From positions 434,001 to 498,000 of the forward strand of contig CAUYUJ010000115.1 in the NCBI GenBank assembly GCA_963575745.1: a DNA stretch of 64,000 bases. Direction: 5' to 3'. Every line of letters begins with the position of its first letter. Positions within the stretch are counted from its first letter, which is position 1. A model generated the notes under the pieces. That model worked only from the letters and a program-made list of their open reading frames with translations. It searched no databases and was not told where the DNA came from. Shown here one piece after another: positions 60,510 through 64,000 of this stretch. Both the position numbers and the translations under genes were made by a program. This DNA comes from Prorocentrum cordatum (lineage: Eukaryota).

Positions 60510-61545
60510 GTATTGGGTAGCGAGTAGGGAGTGGTGACTATTGAGTAGTGAGAAGTGAGTACGGAGTAGGGATTGGGGAGTCGTGAGTAGTTGGTAGTGA
60601 GTAGTGAGTAGTGCGTCGTGGGTAGTTAGTAGAAAATATTGGGTAGTGAGTAGTGGATAGCGAGTAGTGAGAAGTGAGTAGTGAGTAGGGAGTAGTGCGT
60701 AGTGAGTAATGAGAAGCGAGAAGCGGGTATTGAGTAGTGGGCAGTGAGTAGGGAGTAGCGGGTAGAAGTTATTTGTGAGTAGTAAATAGTGAGTCGTGAG
60801 TAGTGGGTAGTGAGTAGCGATGTGCGACTAGTGATTAGTGAGGAGGGATACGTGAGTAGTGAGTAGTGCGCAGTGGGTAGTGAATAGTTCCTAGCGCGTT
60901 GCGGATAGTGAGTAGTGAGGTGCGGGCAGTGCGTAGTGAGTCGTGAATTGTGAGTATTCAGTAGTAAGTAGTGGACAGTGGTTAGTGGGTAGTGAGTAGT
61001 GCTTAGTGAGTAGTGAGTAGTGGGCCGTGAGCAGTGTTTAGTGCGTAGTGAGTATTGAGTACTGGGTAGTGCGCAGTGAATACTGAGTTGGGAGTAGTGA
61101 GTAGGACATTGGAAATAGTGAATGCTCAGTAGTGGGAGCGTAGTGGGTAGTGAGTAGCGGGTAGTGAATAGTGCGTGTTGGGTAGCGAGTAGGGTGTAGG
61201 GGCTAGCGGAGAGTGAGTAGTGAGTAGTGAGTATTGTATTGTGTAGGGAGTAGTGAGTAGCGAGTAGTGGATCGTGAGTGGTGAGTTGTGTGCAGTGAGT
61301 AGTGAGTAGTGAAGTGTGAGTCGTGAGTAGTGGATAGTGGTTGAGTATTGAATAGTGGGTAGTGAGTAGCGAGTAGCTTGTAGTGAGTAGCGAGTAGGGA
61401 GTAGGGAGTAGTGAGTAGTGGGTAGTGGGGAATAAGTCGTGGGTAGTGAGTAGTGAGTCGTGAGGTGTGAGTAGTGAGTAGTGAGCAGTGAGTGTGAGTT
61501 GCGAGTGGTGAATTGTGGGTAGTGAGTAGTGCGTAATGAGTAAGT
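60510..61545. repeat. Degenerate (AGTAGTG)n 7-bp satellite
   Basis: Direct inspection. Confidence 0.9.
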
Positions 61546-62056
61546 ACTGTTTGGGTTAGGGTTTGGGTTTGGGGTTCGGTCCCGGGGTTAGGGTAGGGGT
61601 GGTAGGGGTCGGGTTCCCGAGACCGGGGGCGCCATGGCAAAGGGGGAAGGGAGAGGGGGGGGTCGAATTTGGCGCCCCCCCATTCTTTTGATGAAAGGGC
61701 GGATGGGGGGGGGTACCCGACGACGGACCAGGAAAGGGGGGGAGGGGGGGTTCCCCGACGACGGATCGGGAAAGGGGGGGAGGGGTGGGGGGTCCCCGAC
61801 GACGGATCGGGGAAGGGGGGGGGGGTCCCAACCCCCGCCCCCCCGTGGGACATCCAGCGACACGCCCTCTATATCTATCACCACCACTACCACTTCCAAC
61901 CCGTGCGCCGTACCGCCGTCCATCCTGCATGCGAATTGCTGGGGAAAAAATTATGCTAACGGAGTTCCCCACATGGGCGTTTTAATAGGGCGCGGGCTTA
62001 GTCAGGAGGCAGAGGAAGAGGCGGAGGTGCGGGGGGAGGGGTCGACGAGGATGGCA

Positions 62057-63589
62057 GCGAATACTGTCCTCGCTCAGGCGGGGCCTCCGTGGAGCGGTGG
62101 GAGGAACACGAAACCTGATAAATAATATGGTTTGCGAATACTGTCCTCGCTCAGGCGGGGCCTCCCTGGAGCGGTGGGAGGGGCACGAAACCGGATAAAT
62201 AATATGGTTTGCGAATACTGTCCTCGCTCAGGCGGGGCCTCCCTGGAGCGGTGGGAGGGGCACGAAACCTGATACATAATATGGTTTGCGAATACTGTCC
62301 TCGCTCTGGCGGGGCCTCCCTCGAGCGGTGGGAGGGGCACGAAACCTGATAAATAAGATGGTTTGCGAATACTGTCCTCGCTCAGGCGGGGCCTCCCTGG
62401 AGCGGTGGGAGGGGCACGAAACCTGATAAATAATACTGTTTGCGAATACTGTCCTCGCTCCGGCGGGGCCTCCCTGGAGGGGTGGGATGGGCACGAAACC
62501 TGATAAATAATATGGTTTGCGAATACTGTCCTCGCTCAGGCGGGGCCTCCCTGGAGCGGTGGGATGGGCTCGAAACCTGAAACATAATATGGTTTGCGAA
62601 TACTGTCCTCGCTCTGGCGGGGCCTCCCTGGAGCGGTGGGAGGGGCACGAGACCTGATAAATAAGATTGCTTGCGAATACTGTCTTCGCTCAGGCGGGGC
62701 CTCCCTGGAGCGGTGGGAGGGGCACGAAACCTGATACATAATATGGTTTGCGAATGCTGTCCTCGCTCAGGCGGGGCCTCCCTGGAGCGGTGGGAGGAAC
62801 ACGAAACCTGATAAATAATATGGTTTGCGAATGCTGTCCTCGCTCTGGCGGGGCCTCCCTGGAGCGGTGGGAGGGGCACGAAACCTGATAAATAATATGG
62901 TTTGCGAATACTGTCCTCGCTCAGGCGAATCGGTCCTCGCTCAGGCGGGGCCTCCCTGGAGCGGTGGGAGGGGCACGAAACCTGATAAATAATATGGTTT
63001 GCGAATACTGTCCTCGCTCAGGCGGGGCCTCCCTGGAGCGGTGGGAGGGGCACGAAACCTGATAAATAATATGGTTTGCGAATACTGTCCTCGCTCTGGC
63101 GGGGCCTCCCTGGAGCGGTGGGAGGGGCACGAAACCTGATAAATAATATGGTTTGCGAATACTGTCCTCGCTCAGGCGGGGCCTCCCTGGAGCGGTGGGA
63201 GGGGCACGAAACCTGATAAATAATATGGTTTGCGAATACTGTCCTCGCTCTGGCGGGGCCTCCCTGGAGGGTGGGAGGGGCACGAAACCTGATAAATAAT
63301 ATGGTTTGCGAATACTGTCCTCGCTCAGGCGGGGCCTCCCTGGAGCGGTGGGAGGGGCACGAAACCTGATAAATAATATGGTTTGCGAATACTGTCCTCG
63401 CTCTGGCGGGGCCTCCCTGGAGGGGTGGGAGGGGCACGAAACCTGATAAATAATATGGTTTGCGAATACTGTCCTCGCTCTGGCGGGGCCTCCCTGGAGC
63501 GGTGGGAGGGGCACGAAACCTGATAAATAATATGGTTTGCGAATGCTGTCCTCGCTCAGGCGGGGCCTCCCTGGAGCGGTGGGAGGGGT
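62057..63589. repeat. 77-bp satellite, about 20 units
   Basis: gcgaatactgtcctcgctc at 62057, 62134, 62211...; one phase break at ~62926-62935. Confidence 0.95.
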
Positions 63590-63629
63590 GTATGTATGGT
63601 TTCCTACGTGCTTGCCTGACCCCGGTGGT

Positions 63630-63900
63630 CTGCAATAGTATGGTATGGTATTGTATGGTATGGTATAGTATGGTATGGTAGGAGCAGGAAGAGGGAGCGA
63701 GCGTGGTAGGTAGGTATTGTATGGTATTATATGGTGTGGTAGGTATGCGGTGATGGTGTATGTATGGTTTCCTAGGTGTGGTATGGTAGGTACGGTGGTC
63801 TGCTATATTATGGTATGGTATGGTATTGTATGGTATGGTATGGTAGGAGTAGGAAGAGGGAGCGGTATTGTATGGTATGGTATAGTATGGTATGGTAGGA
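63630..63900. repeat. (GGTAT)n microsatellite
   Basis: Direct inspection. Confidence 0.85.
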
Positions 63901-64000
63901 ATAGGAGGAGGGAGCGGGAGGTGGGAAGGTGGGAAGGTGGGAAGATGGGAAGGAGAGGGTGTCCTGGGAAAACAAGAACCCCACTCAGGATGTGGGGAAT

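Noticed and set aside
61550..61600. True telomere
   Set aside because: Only a few degenerate units, and sequence continues beyond them.
62057..63589. 77-bp array as a CRISPR array
   Set aside because: Units are near-identical along their whole length, with no unique spacers and no cas genes; it is a satellite.
63630..63900. (GGTAT)n as part of the GTAT signature
   Set aside because: A simple microsatellite 20 kb away from the element, with no other shared feature.
1..64000. tRNA, rRNA or an intact SL-RNA gene
   Set aside because: None recognised by eye; the SL matches are not followed by a GT/GC donor and SL-RNA intron.

Overview
Repeat-saturated, GC-rich eukaryotic DNA. It is most likely dinoflagellate, inferred from relic DinoSL spliced-leader sequences and candidate GC-AG/GA-AG introns. 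Most of the window is microsatellite, 12-307 bp tandem arrays, nested MITE-like elements and retroelement debris, and nearly all ORFs in the supplied track are artefacts of these repeats. The centrepiece is a ~7 kb Helitron-like Rep(HUH)-PIF1 helicase gene (28230-35178). It is interrupted by one removable 292-nt insert, one in-frame TAG and one in-frame T-rich insert, and its N-terminus is an unusual array of ~61-aa HTH-like repeats. It appears to head a ~15.5 kb rolling-circle element (about 28170-43710). That element carries a second, unknown cargo ORF, a relic spliced leader ahead of each ORF, a strong plus-strand-only excess of the tetramer GTAT, a recurrent AAATGTGACC motif, and a GAA-loop hairpin end module that also occurs as a short copy at ~50 kb. 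Other notable items are a small TIR element with a ~25-bp target duplication (empty site present in the window), spliced terminal exons of a second PIF1-type helicase containing an introner-like intron, and a Ty1/copia RNase H relic. All counts and alignments were made by eye; no database searches were run.
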